Below the pieces are notes generated by a model, which was not told the origin of the DNA, did not search any database, and saw only the letters and a list, made by a program, of their open reading frames with translations. Source: Eledone cirrhosa (lineage: Eukaryota). Taken from it: a stretch of DNA of 64,000 nt. Where the stretch lies: the NCBI GenBank assembly GCA_964016885.1, contig CAXHJY010000880.1, positions 658 through 64,657 on the forward strand. The letters are read 5' to 3'. Made by a program: the position numbers and the translations under genes. Positions 1 to 14,528 of this stretch are shown in pieces. Position 1 is the first letter of the stretch, and every line of letters begins with the position of its first letter.

Positions 1-261
1 TCGAGAATGACACAGCTAGAGACTTATACGTGACGTATTCTATTCTATAGCGATTAGGTCTTCAAAATGTTTATTATAAACATACAGAATATTTTCGAAT
101 ATTCTATGTCTATATTCACATATATATCGCTATTTCAGAGCATTTATTCCAATTTCTAATTTCTGCCGGACCGGCAACCGCTCTTTCAAACCAGTTCCTG
201 TACACAGCTAAGTATTCTATAAGTCTCTAGCTGTGTCATTCTCGATAAAAGCACTGGATAT

Positions 262-304
262 GTGGTCCTGAAGATTTCTAACAAGAATGAAACGCGTAGA
301 TTAC
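262..304 (+). ncRNA. Minimal type I hammerhead ribozyme, copy 1 (predicted cleavage after 298)
   Basis: Stem I GUGGUC/GAUUAC, core CUGAAGA, stem II UUCU-aaca-AGAA, GAAA, palindromic ACGCGU stem III, GUA triplet; stem I extended by a perfect 16-bp helix (238-253/311-326). Confidence 0.85.
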
Positions 305-571
305 TTCCCTTGCTTTTATCGAGAATCTAATTGTAATACGTGACGTATTCTATTCTATAGCGATTAGGTCTTCAAAATGTTTATTATAAACATACAGAAT
401 ATTTTCGAATATTCTATGTCTATATTCACATATATATCGCTATTTCAGAGCATTTATTCCAATTTCTAATTTCTGCCGGACCGGCAACCGCTCTTTCAAA
501 CCAGTTCCTGTACACAGCTAAGTATTCTATAAGTCTCTAGCTGTGTCATTCTCGATAAAAGCACTGGATAT

Positions 572-614
572 GTGGTCCTGAAGATTTCTAACAAGAATGA
601 AACGCGTAGATTAC
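572..614 (+). ncRNA. Minimal type I hammerhead ribozyme, copy 2
   Basis: Same sequence as copy 1, offset +310. Confidence 0.85.
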
Positions 615-881
615 TTCCCTTGCTTTTATCGAGAATCTAATTGTAATACGTGACGTATTCTATTCTATAGCGATTAGGTCTTCAAAATGTTTATTATAAA
701 CATACAGAATATTTTCGAATATTCTATGTCTATATTCACATATATATCGCTATTTCAGAGCATTTATTCCAATTTCTAATTTCTGCCGGACCGGCAACCG
801 CTCTTTCAAACCAGTTCCTGTACACAGCTAAGTATTCTATAAGTCTCTAGCTGTGTCATTCTCGATAAAAGCACTGGATAT

Positions 882-924
882 GTGGTCCTGAAGATTTCTA
901 ACAAGAATGAAACGCGTAGATTAC
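882..924 (+). ncRNA. Minimal type I hammerhead ribozyme, copy 3
   Basis: Same sequence as copy 1, offset +620. Confidence 0.85.
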
Positions 925-1081
925 TTCCCTTGCTTTTATCGAGAATCTAATTGTAATACGTGACGTATTCTATTCTATAGCGATTAGGTCTTCAAAATGT
1001 TTATTATAAACATACAGAATATTTTCGAATATTCTATGTCTATATTCACATATATATCGCTATTTCAGAGCATTTATTCCA

Positions 1082-3330
<2,249 letters not shown>

Positions 3331-3621
3331 GATTCCAGATTCAAAGCCATGGCATATATCATCATCATTGTTTAACGTCCATCTTCCATGCTAGCATGGG
3401 TTAGACGGTTTTGTTCCATCTGATGTTGGACTGGTCGGGAGACCATGTCTCGCTTGACGGAAGTGTCTCTGGCAGGTTTTCTACAGCTGCATGCCCTTCC
3501 TAACACCAACCACAATTACAACCTGGGGTCTCATAAATCAGAAGCACTATTATTAAGGTCCTAGCCCTCTGCCAGCCATACAAACAGCCAAGCATTCTAA
3601 CAAATTGTTGAGATACTTGAC

Positions 3622-3849
3622 CTTTCGATGAGGTCGTTGGCGTTCAGAGCCTGATTATTATCCAAACTTCTCTGTCTTTCTTTCTTTGACTTGGCTGTGC
3701 TAGTTGAACATTCCTCGTCTTCATCTTCTTGGTCTGAGAGCCTAGCGTAAGGTGTTGGTGGTTCGTCAACCTTCATGTGACCATAGTCTTTACCAGGGGG
3801 GTGGTGCGTTGCTAGGATGTTCATCTCATCCCATTTCGTTTCTTTTCGT
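3622..3849 (-). CDS. PPP1R2: Protein phosphatase 1 inhibitor-2, coding exon 2 ([34 protein letters not shown]...DLIER)
   Basis: [10 protein letters not shown] and DEPxTPY are diagnostic I-2 motifs; acceptor TTTTCAG at 3850; probable donor AG|GTCAAG at 3621; later exons lie left of the window. Confidence 0.92.
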
Positions 3850-4804
3850 CTGAAAAAACCCAAAAAAGACAACAAGTAAATACAAATGTGAAAAATGAAA
3901 GGCATTATTATTATTATTATTATTAGGATGAGGTTAAGTTTGCCTTTCCTCCTTACGGGGTCGATAAAATAAAGTACCAGTAATACACTGGGGTAATTGC
4001 TGGCCTTGTGCCAAAAGTAGAAACAATTATTATTATTAGTATCGGTAGAGAGTCGGACACTCTGCTTTACAGCATAGAGTTACGGCCCTTTAAGGTCTGA
4101 GTTCAAATCCCGCCGAGGTTAACTTTGCCTTTGATCCTTACGTAGTCGATAAAATGAAATACCAGAAATGCACTGGGGTCGATTTAATGAACTTTCCCCC
4201 TCTCTAAAATTGTTGGCACAAATCCAGTAATTTTGAGCAAGAGGAACGAGTTATGATGATATGTGATGTGAGAGAGGGCGACACTGGGTCGGCCTAAATA
4301 GCTGACAGTAGCAGTAGCAGTAGCAGTTAGATGGATTGTAAGTTCAAATCCTTGCCAGGAAGACAGAAATACCAGGACTGGGGGAGGTGAAAGAGGGGGA
4401 GGGATAGGAGAATTATGACAAAATGTGAAATCTGAACAAATCTTGCTGTAAATATCTGACATTTTTGATTGACAGCCAAACACGTGTGGGTGTGTGTGTG
4501 TGCATGTACTGTGTTTGATCGTTATACAAAATATTTGTGCATGGTTAGTCTCAGTGTGTGTGTATATGCTAGTGCTACAGTGTGTGTGTATGCTAGTGGT
4601 ACAATGTGTGTATGCTAATGGTACAGTATGTGTATGCTAGTGGTACAGTATGTGTATGCTAGTGGTACAGTATGTGTGTGTGTGTGCATTTGCCATTTGC
4701 CTCTCATGGCATTTTTTATAAACTTTTATCTGTTCTATTTGGAATGGAGAGCTAGCTGCTTGACAATATGCAGATTATAAATACATAGATACACACACGC
4801 TCAC

Positions 4805-5440
4805 ACATCATTATCATCATCATCATTTTATGTCTGTTTTTCCCTGCTTGCAAGGGTGGGACGGGTTCTATTCAGCACAGCATCTCTCCACTTGTCACGG
4901 TCCTAGATCATCTCCTCTGTGACCTTCAGCGATCTGAGGTCTGCTCTCACCACCTCCACCCATGCTTTTCCTGGTCTTTCTCTACTATGCCTTCCCTCTA
5001 CTCGGATTTCTTGGCACTTCTTTACCCAGCTCCATGCCCATCGCATGTCCATACCAACGCAGTTTTCTCTCCCGCACACTACAGTTTATCCCTCTTATAC
5101 CCAGTTTCTCTTTCAAATCGTCCATGCTTGGTCGTTCACGCACAATGACACTGCACATCCATTGGAGCATACTTGCTTCATTTCTCTCCAGCTTCGCACA
5201 TCCTCTGTAGTTGCTGCCCATGTCTCGCTACCATGCAGCATCGCGTATCTCACACAGGCATCATATAACCGGCCTTTCGAATGCAGGGAGAAACCCTTCT
5301 TTGTCAACAGAGGAAGCAGTTCCCTAAACTTCTTTCATCCTGTCATTCTAGATCCTATGGCACCAGAGCATCCTCCTTCTTTGCTAATCTGATCACCTAG
5401 GTAGCGGAAGCTATCAACCACCTCTACAGATCCTACCTGC
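4805..5440 (-). mobile_element. Degenerate RTE-clade LINE 3' fragment
   Basis: KGRLYDACVRYAMLHGSETWA and LRWYGH motifs in shifted frames; (GAT)n tail; same family as 24276-25195. Confidence 0.8.
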
Positions 5441-6655
5441 ATTTCTGTCTATCACTGACACTTCATCATCATCATCATCGTTTAACGTCTATCTTCCACG
5501 CTAGCATGGGAATTGTCCCACTTGAGATAAGATTGGTTGGGTGACCGTGTCTCGCTCGTATAGGACTATCTGGTAGGTTTTCTACGGCTGGATGCCCTTC
5601 CTAACACCAACCACGTTTACAGTGTGGACTGGGAGCCTTTTACCGTGTTACATACACGGCCACATTACAGCGTGGACTGTGTTTTTTTTTGTCATGACAC
5701 CTACACGACCTCATTAGTTTGGACTGGATGTTGTGGTACCAACATAACTTTATACAGAAAGGGTGGTGGGAGTGGAAGGGTGGAGTAGGGGTTGGGGTGT
5801 ATGTTTGGTTTGGAGGGGCCTACTGACTGTAGGTTAACTTCTACTACCAATTTATATTATACATACATATATGTGTGTGTGTGTATAATGGTAATTGTTT
5901 TGTGACAAAGGAAAAAGAACTGTTAATTGTTAAACCTAAAGAATAGATCACAAGTGTCACATGATATTTGGTGATAAGGGGAGAGAAGTATACATTCCTG
6001 GAGACAAAAAAAGGTTTTGGTGATCAGGTAGGTGTAAAACAAACACATAGCATTGTATTAGTATTGTATTGTAATAACAAATAAAATGGAAAGAACTAAA
6101 AATCCACCAACATCAGTTTAACACTAAAACAACATATTAGTTTAACACTAACACAGCATATTAGTTTAACACTAACACAGCATATTAGTTTAACACTAAC
6201 ACAACATCAGTTTAACACTAACATGACATTAGTTTAACACTAACACAACATATTAGTTTAATACTAACAGTAACATAGATTAATACTAACACAATAAACA
6301 CAGTATATATTAGTTGAACACTAACACTAACATAGCATGTAGTTTAATACTAACATAACATGTAGTAATTAGTTTAACACTAACACAACATGTAGTTAGT
6401 TAGACATCAACATAACATGTAGTTAGTTAGACACTAACACATGTAGTTAGTTAGACATTAACACTAACACATGTAGTTAGACACTAACAAGTAACACAAC
6501 ATGTAGTAACAGTCTGGCTATAACACATGGTGTGTTACAGCGAGATTGTTCCCATGGGAGGGAGCAGGCTTATAAGGAAGAAAAAGTATGAATCTAAGAC
6601 AAAATCCAGTTATCTCACCCTGTTACACTGCTACTAGCTCTGTAGGATGAGACAT

Positions 6656-7245
6656 ATAGAGTTTAGAAGGATTTTAATATAACACATGTGACCCCTAACT
6701 GCAAGTGGGGTCACAATAGAGTTTAGAAGGATTTTAATATAACACATGTGACCCCTAACTGCAAGTGGGGTCACAATAGAGTTTAGAAGGATTTTAATAT
6801 AACACGTGACCCCTAACTGCTGGTGGGGTCACAATAGAGTTTAGAAGAATTTTAATATAACACATGTGACCCCTAACTGCAAGTGGGGTCACAATAGAGT
6901 TTAGAAGGATTTTAATATAACACATGTGACCCCTAACTGCAAGTGGGGTCACAATAGAGTTTAGAAGGATTTTAATATAACACATGTGACCCCTAACTGC
7001 TGGTGGGGTCACAAAGTTTAGAAGGATTTTAAAGAGAGGAAGAATAATATAACACATGTGACCCCTAACTGCAGGTGAGGGTCATAATAGAGTTTAGAAG
7101 GATTTTAATATAACACATGTGACCCCTAACTGCAGGTGGGGTCACAGTAGAGAACAATATAACACATGTGACCCCTAACTGCAGGTGGTGTCATACTATA
7201 TTGTATGTGACCCCTAACTCCTGGTGGGGTCATACTATATTGGGT
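6656..7245. repeat. ~59-60-bp minisatellite with internal palindrome TGACCCC...GGGGTCA
   Basis: Directly visible tandem units. Confidence 0.9.
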
Positions 7246-7341
7246 GACCTTGAGCCAATCCTCTGTGAAACACGCGTAACAGGTCGATACGCAATAAATA
7301 TTTTTCATATGTAAACGAAACTTCGTTTTTTCTATTATATA

Positions 7342-7372
<31 letters not shown>

Positions 7373-7700
7373 GTTTAATGTCCATCTTCCACGCTAGCAT
7401 GGGTTAGACAGTTTTGTTCCATTTGATGCGGGAATGGTCGGGAGACTGTAACTCACTCATACAGAAGTGTCTCTGGCAGGTTTTTTACAGCTGGATATAT
7501 ATATATTATATATATAATATATAATATATATATATTTTATATATATATAATATATAATATATATATATAATATATATATATTTTATATATATATAATATA
7601 TAATATATATATATTTTATATAATATATATATATTTTATATAATATATATAATTTTTTACAGCTGGATATATATATATTATATATATATATATAATATGC

Positions 7701-7931
7701 ATGAGGTTGGCTGGACATGCTCACCGATATCCAGAGTTGACATTGCACTCAGTGCTCCTTTGGGAGCCCCTACATGGACACACTAGAAGAGGAAGACCAA
7801 GGTTAACATATGTTGATGCCCTAAGGACAGACACTGGTCTGTTGGAGATGCAGGATATGGCAGCGATAATGAGGGACAGAGACCGCTGGAGAGAACTCGT
7901 CCATGGATCTCGGGAATTTTACCCGCCTTAG
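7701..7931 (+). mobile_element. RTE-clade LINE 3' end
   Basis: RLAGHAHR...[10 protein letters not shown]...RDRDRWR. Confidence 0.85.
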
Positions 7932-7956
7932 ATATATATAGATATATATAATATGC

Positions 7957-7984
<28 letters not shown>

Positions 7985-7988
<4 letters not shown>

Positions 7989-8151
7989 GAACCAGTAAGA
8001 CCCCGACAGCTGAGCTCAAGCCGTTTCGTCGAAACGGCTTGAGCTCAGCTGTCGGGGTCTTACTGGTTCCTATTACCCACTCTACTACCTCAAGTATTGA
8101 GTACTTTGGTGCGTTATGGTCCACCTGGTTCCTTACCACATTTCCTTCGTT
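7985..8151 (+). mobile_element. Penelope-pLTR-like fragment: 3' half of a hammerhead with a perfect fold-back
   Basis: GAAACGGC-uugagcuca-GCUGUC-ggggu (stem III plus GUC); 44-bp inverted arms centred on 8029; related copies at 37837-38003 and 53826-53960. Confidence 0.6.
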
Positions 8152-9001
8152 ATATATATATATATATATATATGTGAATAGAGAGAATGTTCTCAGCTAA
8201 AACATAACCAGCCAATACTCATGACGTACCCACCTCTAATACAACAATACCACCACCACCACTATTACCACCACCACCACCACCTTCACCACTATTACCA
8301 CCATCACCACCACCACCACTATTACCACCACCACCATCACCACTATTACCACCACCACCACCACTATTACCACCACCACCACCACCTTCACCACTATTAC
8401 CACCACCACCACCACTATTACCACCACCACCACCACTATTACCACCACCACCACCTTCACCACCACCACCACCACCACCACTATTACCACCACCACCACC
8501 ACCACCTTCACCACCACCACCACTATTACCACCACCGCCACCGCCACCACCACTATTACCACCACCACCACCACCTTCACCATCACCACTATTACCACCA
8601 CCACCACCACCACCACCACCACCACAGAAAGGAAGTAACAGCCATTGAGAAAGTGTTGAATTAGTTTAAAAAGAGCGACATTTTGAAATGTGGTTTGGTG
8701 GAGATGATGTCATAAGATGTTAGTAAAACAGATTATAGAGGTGAGACAGGTGTGGTGTAAATGTCAGGTGAGAGATACACAAGAAGGTCTGGTGTAAATG
8801 TCAGGTGAGAGAGAGAGAGACAACTGTGTTAGTGAGATAGATGTGAGAGAGAGAGGTGTGTGAGAAAGATAGAGAGACACAGGTCTGTGTGTGAGAGAGA
8901 GAGAGAGAGAATGGAGGAAATGTCAAGTAGAAATAAAGACCCTGAAATTGATCTTTTGGACCTCTTTGGGTCTTCATCTGAAGAGTAAGTCCACACCTCA
9001 A

Positions 9002-10299
9002 TTAACCCATTAACATTACTCTATATATAGTATTGTATTTTCACAGTAAAGACTTTACCTCACATAATATCTCATAACATTTACATTACTCTATATATAC
9101 TATTGTATTGTCATGGTAAAGGCTTTACCTCACATAATATCTCACATAACATTTACATTACTCTATATATACTATTGTATTTTCACAGTAAAGACTTTAC
9201 CTTACATAATATCTCACATAACATTTACATTACTCTATATATACTATTGTATTGTCATGGTAAAGGCTTTACCTCACATAATATCTCACATAACATTTAC
9301 ATTACTCTATATATACTATTGTATTTTCACAGTAAAGACTTTACCTCACATAATATCTCACATAACATTTACATTACTTTATATATACTATTGTATTTTC
9401 ACAGTAAAGACTTTACCTCACATAATATCTCACATAACATTTACATTACTCTATATATACTATTGTATTTTCACAGTAAAGACTTTACCTCACATAATAT
9501 CTCACATAACATTTACATTACTCTATATATACTATTGTATTTTCACAGTAAAGACTTTACCTCACATAATATCTCATAACATTTACATTACTCTATATAT
9601 ACTATTGTATTTTCACAGTAAAGGCTTTACCTCACATAATACCTCACATAACATTTACATTACTCTATATATACTATTGTATTTTCACAGTAAAGACTTT
9701 ACCTCACATAATATCTCACATAACATTTACATTACTCTATATATTCTATTGTATTTTCACAGTAAAGACTTTACCTCACATAATATCTCACATAACATTT
9801 ACATTACTCTATATATACTATTGTATTTTCACGGTGAAGTCTTTATCTTACATAATATCTCACATACCATTTACATTACTCTATATATACTATTGTATTT
9901 TCACGGTGAAGTCTTTATCTTACATAATATCTCACATACCATTTACATTACTCTATATATACTATTGTATTTTCACGGTGAAGTCTTTATCTTACATAAT
10001 ATCTCACATACCATTTACATTACTCTATATATACTATTGTATTTTCACGGTGAAGTCTTTATCTTACATAATATCTCACATAACATTTACATTACTCTAT
10101 ATATACTATTGTATTTTCACGGTGAAGTCTTTATCTTACATAATTATCTCTCGTAATATTGAATCTATGAGATTTTGATATTATCTATTTTTAGAACAAT
10201 ACCTTAACATAAGTATGAGTGGCTGATTGTGACTGGTTTGAACAGAAAGAGTTGAGAGAATTCTGGCCAGATATGGCCAGTTTCAATGCTAAAGAGTTA
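9002..10299 (+). mobile_element. TTAA-flanked (piggyBac-like) MITE with an internal 72-bp tandem expansion
   Basis: Starts TTAACCC, ends ...gctaaagagtta; ~15 72-bp units; unexpanded copy at 54360-54559; SINE-interrupted copy at 13525-13876. Confidence 0.7.
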
Positions 10300-10309
10300 C
10301 AGGTGTTTA

Positions 10310-11045
10310 TCACCTTTTCACTTTACAGGTGTGTTTACATTCCTATATATTAAAAAAAGTGTGGGCTTCCTTGAGAGGATGAGTGCTTCAGTTTTCGCAG
10401 CACTGATTTTCATTCCAGCCATGCAGTACTCAACATCAAACCTATCAAGTGCAAGTCGGAGATCGCCTTCTGTTGAGTTAATGTTGTTTGCAAATTCCAG
10501 CCGACCAATTTTATACCAGCCAGTCATGATACCACTTCCAACTCGGCTGCCCAGGTCAATCCTGTCCATGTAAATAATGAACAGGAGAGGTGACAGTATG
10601 TACCCTTGGCCGAGTCTGACTCCCGCATTGAATGGTTTCGATTTAGCACCATTTATCCAAACACAAATACTCGGGTATTCATTCAAAGACATCAAAACAA
10701 GAAGAAGCTGACCATTGATCCCATACTCCTGCACAACCTTCCACAGCAGGTCATTAGGAATGCAGTCATATGCCTTTTCAAGGTCTGCAAAACAGGAATA
10801 TACCTCTTGGCAATACTCTCACGATTTCTCGAAGACCTGCCGCAGTGTGAATCTGGGGTCAGCTGTGCTAAATCTGGGGTGAAAACTACACTGTTCACCA
10901 GCTTGGACTCGACAATCTCCCAGCATCTCTTTGCCAGACACTTAGCATAGACTCTATCAGGGAGGAGTAACAAGGCGATCCCTTTGTAATTGGAACAATC
11001 TCTCTTGTTTCCCTTTTAAAAAATGGGGATTACCACTCCTGATTG
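10310..11045 (-). mobile_element. Degenerate RTE-like reverse transcriptase fragment
   Basis: LLLLPDRVYAKCL, QGYILSPLLFIIYMD and GMKISAAKTE motifs with frameshifts. Confidence 0.8.
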
Positions 11046-11101
11046 CCATTGCTTAGGTGCCTTTCCAGATATCCAGGCATATATATATATACATTTATAT
11101 G

Positions 11102-11147
<46 letters not shown>

Positions 11148-11323
11148 TGTGGTGTCTGTGTTTACATTCACTGTTTATTTATGCACCATAACATAGTTTG
11201 TTTAACAAAAAAAAGATATATAAATAAAATAAAGTACCAGTAATGAACTGGGTTATTGCTGGCCTTGGGCCTAAAGTAGAAACAAATATATATATATACA
11301 TATATACATATACACACACACAC

Positions 11324-11354
<31 letters not shown>

Positions 11355-11362
11355 CATACATA

Positions 11363-12081
11363 CAGGGTGCGGACGATATTTGTTCGCAATTTTCAACTGC
11401 TAATTTTATGCAAATTTTTTTACTTCCGTTGTCACTCTTGTCTTCATAAAAACAGTGACTATATTTCCATTATTTATTTTTAGAATAATTGATTATGAAT
11501 AATTTTGAACCTCCAAATTTATGGAAGAGACACGGAGTTCTTCTTGGAATCCGCGCCGGGAAGACAAATAAGACCAGAAGATCAACTCCCAGAACAACAG
11601 GTGGCTCGCTGTCTCATCCAAAAACGTGCCCAAAGTCATGCAGACAAAGTTTCCAGCGACAACATTGGTCTTAGGTGTCATCAGCAGTCAAGGTGACGTC
11701 ATGCCACCTCATTTCTTCCCTGAGGGCCTCAAGCTGAACACCGATGGCTACATCCACGTTCTGAGCGAGGTAGTAAAGCCCTGGATCGACCAGGTAGCTG
11801 CAGGTAGGCCGTACGTGTGGCAGCAAGACTCAGCGCCCTGCCATACCAGCCGAAAGACCCAAGCCTGGCTGTCAGAGAACTTTGTCGACCACACTTCACC
11901 TGACATCTGGCTTCCCAGTTCGCCTGATTGCAACCCCCTCGACTTCTTTGTGTGGGGCGCAGTGGAACGAGACACCAACAGATCGAGCTGCAATATGAAA
12001 GACGATCTGAAGGCCAGGATCACAAGTGCCTTTAGGGGCCTAAGTCGGGTGAGAGAGACGAAGGCCTGTAGCCGGTTCCGA
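11363..12081 (+). mobile_element. Tc1/mariner-superfamily (DD37D, maT-like) transposon, internally deleted and 3'-truncated
   Basis: TA+CAGGGTG left end; WQQDSAPCH...WLPSSPDCNPLD with 37 residues between the second and third Asp. Confidence 0.88.
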
Positions 12082-12157
12082 GATACAGATATACACATAT
12101 ATATATATACAAATATACACATACATATATATATATATACATACACATATATATACA

Positions 12158-12690
12158 TGGTGGCTGCCAACTCGTTTTCGAGTACGGCCACTACTTTATA
12201 TCCATGTAGGAGAACCCCTACCGATGCGCTGAACGATTGTGACTTTTTAGTCCAGCCAGCGACTTGAAAACTCTGGTACAAACACTACACCTGTGACAAT
12301 TATTGACACAGTGCTGGGCCCATGGCACCATGTGACGACAAGTGCAGAGAGATCTCCAGATATAAAGCAATGCCTGTGCCGTGAAGCTTTTATAGTGAGC
12401 AAAGGCACTGCACAAAGCCAGTCCCACTCTCTTAACCAAGATGATATTTACCAAAAAGAAGAACAAGTCAACATCATTGGATACCATCAGGGTTGCAGGT
12501 GTTATATCAGAGTTTTCCTTCTCCTAGAATTCTGCCTTGACAAAGGCTAAGGGGTCATCTCTCTCGGTGATTTTGGATGGCCATTGACTCTTAAGGGCTC
12601 CTTTGCCCTTTGACAGGTTTTGTTTTTAGTCCTGCAGGATATCCAAAGTCACCCTCCTCACCAAGAAACCTTGGTGGGATTGCCAATCTG
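12158..12690 (-). mobile_element. RTE-related LINE remnant (C-terminal C2H2 finger plus UTR-like segment)
   Basis: CSVCTRVFKSLAGLKSHNRSAH then stop; minus strand carries ggagaaggaaaactctga, recalled from RTE UTRs. Confidence 0.5.
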
Positions 12691-12738
12691 TTTCTCTGTA
12701 AATATATATATATATATATACATGCATACATACATCTG

Positions 12739-12785
<47 letters not shown>

Positions 12786-13066
12786 ACAGCGAAGGGTTGC
12801 ATTCGGTTATTTGTCGGAGATTTCTTCATAGAAGCCTTTATTCTTATAGCTTGGTCTAATCGATTTTTTATATGGTTAATTATGCTAATTGGGAGAGGAA
12901 ACGGTATATATTTTATCTGGTGATTTTATAGACATGTTTTATGATATATATATATATATATGCATGCATACATATATATATATATATGTATATATATATG
13001 TATATATGATATATATATATATATATATGTATATATGATATATATATATATATATATGTATATATG

Positions 13067-13098
<32 letters not shown>

Positions 13099-13099
13099 G

Positions 13100-13131
<32 letters not shown>

Positions 13132-13568
13132 GATATATATGTATATATGATATATATATATATATATATATGTATATATGATATATATATATGTATATAT
13201 GATATATATGTATATATGATATATATATATATATATATGTATATATGATATATATATATGCATGCATACACCTGTCTCTATATATCTATATATATATATC
13301 ATCATCATGGTCCATTAACCCCTTTCGGGGTCATTGGGACACTGCACCAACTACCGCCATCTCTGGTGGTCATGGCTGAGTGGTTGGGATGTGGGCAAAG
13401 ATCCTTCCAGTCCACTCAGCTATGTTGTCTGTCCCCCATTTCCTCTGTCTGTCTCACCCCCTTCCTCGGAGACAACCCTCCAAGGAAGGGGGTACACCAG
13501 TCTCTATACGCTGTAGTACAACATGTTACTCTCACATGATATCGAATCTATGAGATTTTGATATTATT

Positions 13569-13760
13569 GGTGGTGAATTGGCAGTATCAGTAGAGGGTCA
13601 GACGCCATGCTTTGCAGCATAGAGTTATGGCCCTTTACAGTCTGAGTTCAAATACCGCCGAGGTTAACTTTGCCTTTCCTCCTTACGAGGTAGATAAAAT
13701 AAAGTACCAGTAATGCACTTGGGTAATTGCTGGCCTTGTGCCAAAAATAGAAAGAAATAT
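13569..13760 (+). mobile_element. tRNA-derived SINE with a MetaSINE-like core
   Basis: A box TGGCAGTATCAG, B box GAGTTCAAATAC, core GCCTTTCxTCCTTACGxGGTxGATAAAATAAAGTACC; other copies at 3927-4230, 11225-11287, 27125-27190, 28805-29140, 32500-32712, 35858-35950, 39995-40070. Confidence 0.8.
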
Positions 13761-14528
13761 TTATTTTGAGAATAACAGCATAACATCAGTATGATTGGCC
13801 GGTTACAGCCGGATTGAACAGAAAGAGGTGAGAGAATTCTGGTTGGATACGACTGGTTTAAATGCTAAAGAGTTTAGGGCACATTTGTTTGTGGAATGCT
13901 CAGCCACTTACATGTCAATTTCTCTAGCAGAGTGTCGGAACCAATGGAAGGTAACCCCCCCCCCCCCCACTTACTAGGAATTATAAAATGTGATTAAACT
14001 CTTAATCCACACTCACTCGTTAACACACTGATTATTAATTAATTAGAAACATAATTAATTTTAAAGATGAAATATTAAAGTTCATCTTAATATCTAGAGA
14101 TTCTGCAACAGTATTTTCTATTAACATCCTTTGAATAATTTGCTTGCCTCATTAACTGGGATAACGCTTAACTTCACTAATTAAAGTCCACGTGGACAGA
14201 CAGCATCTCAGAGTAATCTGGTTTAGTCATTATGTTGTCAAGCCTACAAGTGTGGTGTATTACTGTACATCATATACAGAGTAGCTTCTCATTACAGATC
14301 TAGCAGTCATGGTAGACACTGTTTTGCTGAAGAGGTTTAATAAGACCAAAACATACCCAGAGTTGTCACAAGTGTTGGCCCCAAACCAGATTAATTAATT
14401 AATTTTCTCCCTGTCATATACTTATCACTTACTCTACTGACTGTCAGAAGATGAGAGACCTTAAGGAAGGACTTGTCTATTTAAGACATCAGGTCAGAAC
14501 AGCTGGGATAAGATACCATACAGCACTC

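Larger units (their letters stand above)
27..1083 (+). repeat. Tandem array of 310-bp hammerhead-containing units (~3.4 copies); Penelope pLTR-like or non-LTR retrozyme
   Basis: Unit starts tacgtgacgtattc at 27, 337, 647 and 957; copies look identical; each full unit carries CTGAAGA...GAAACGCGTA. Confidence 0.9.

Noticed and set aside
12630-12673. Candidate + strand exon (DPAGYPKSPSSPRNL) for the nested gene
   Set aside because: Lies within what looks like the UTR of a minus-strand RTE-related remnant; not needed for frame continuity
12640-12690. Possible HDV-like ribozyme at the 5' end of the RTE-related remnant
   Set aside because: Could not build the nested double pseudoknot; sequence appears deleted
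13569-13660. tRNA gene
   Set aside because: A and B boxes belong to a multi-copy SINE head; no cloverleaf
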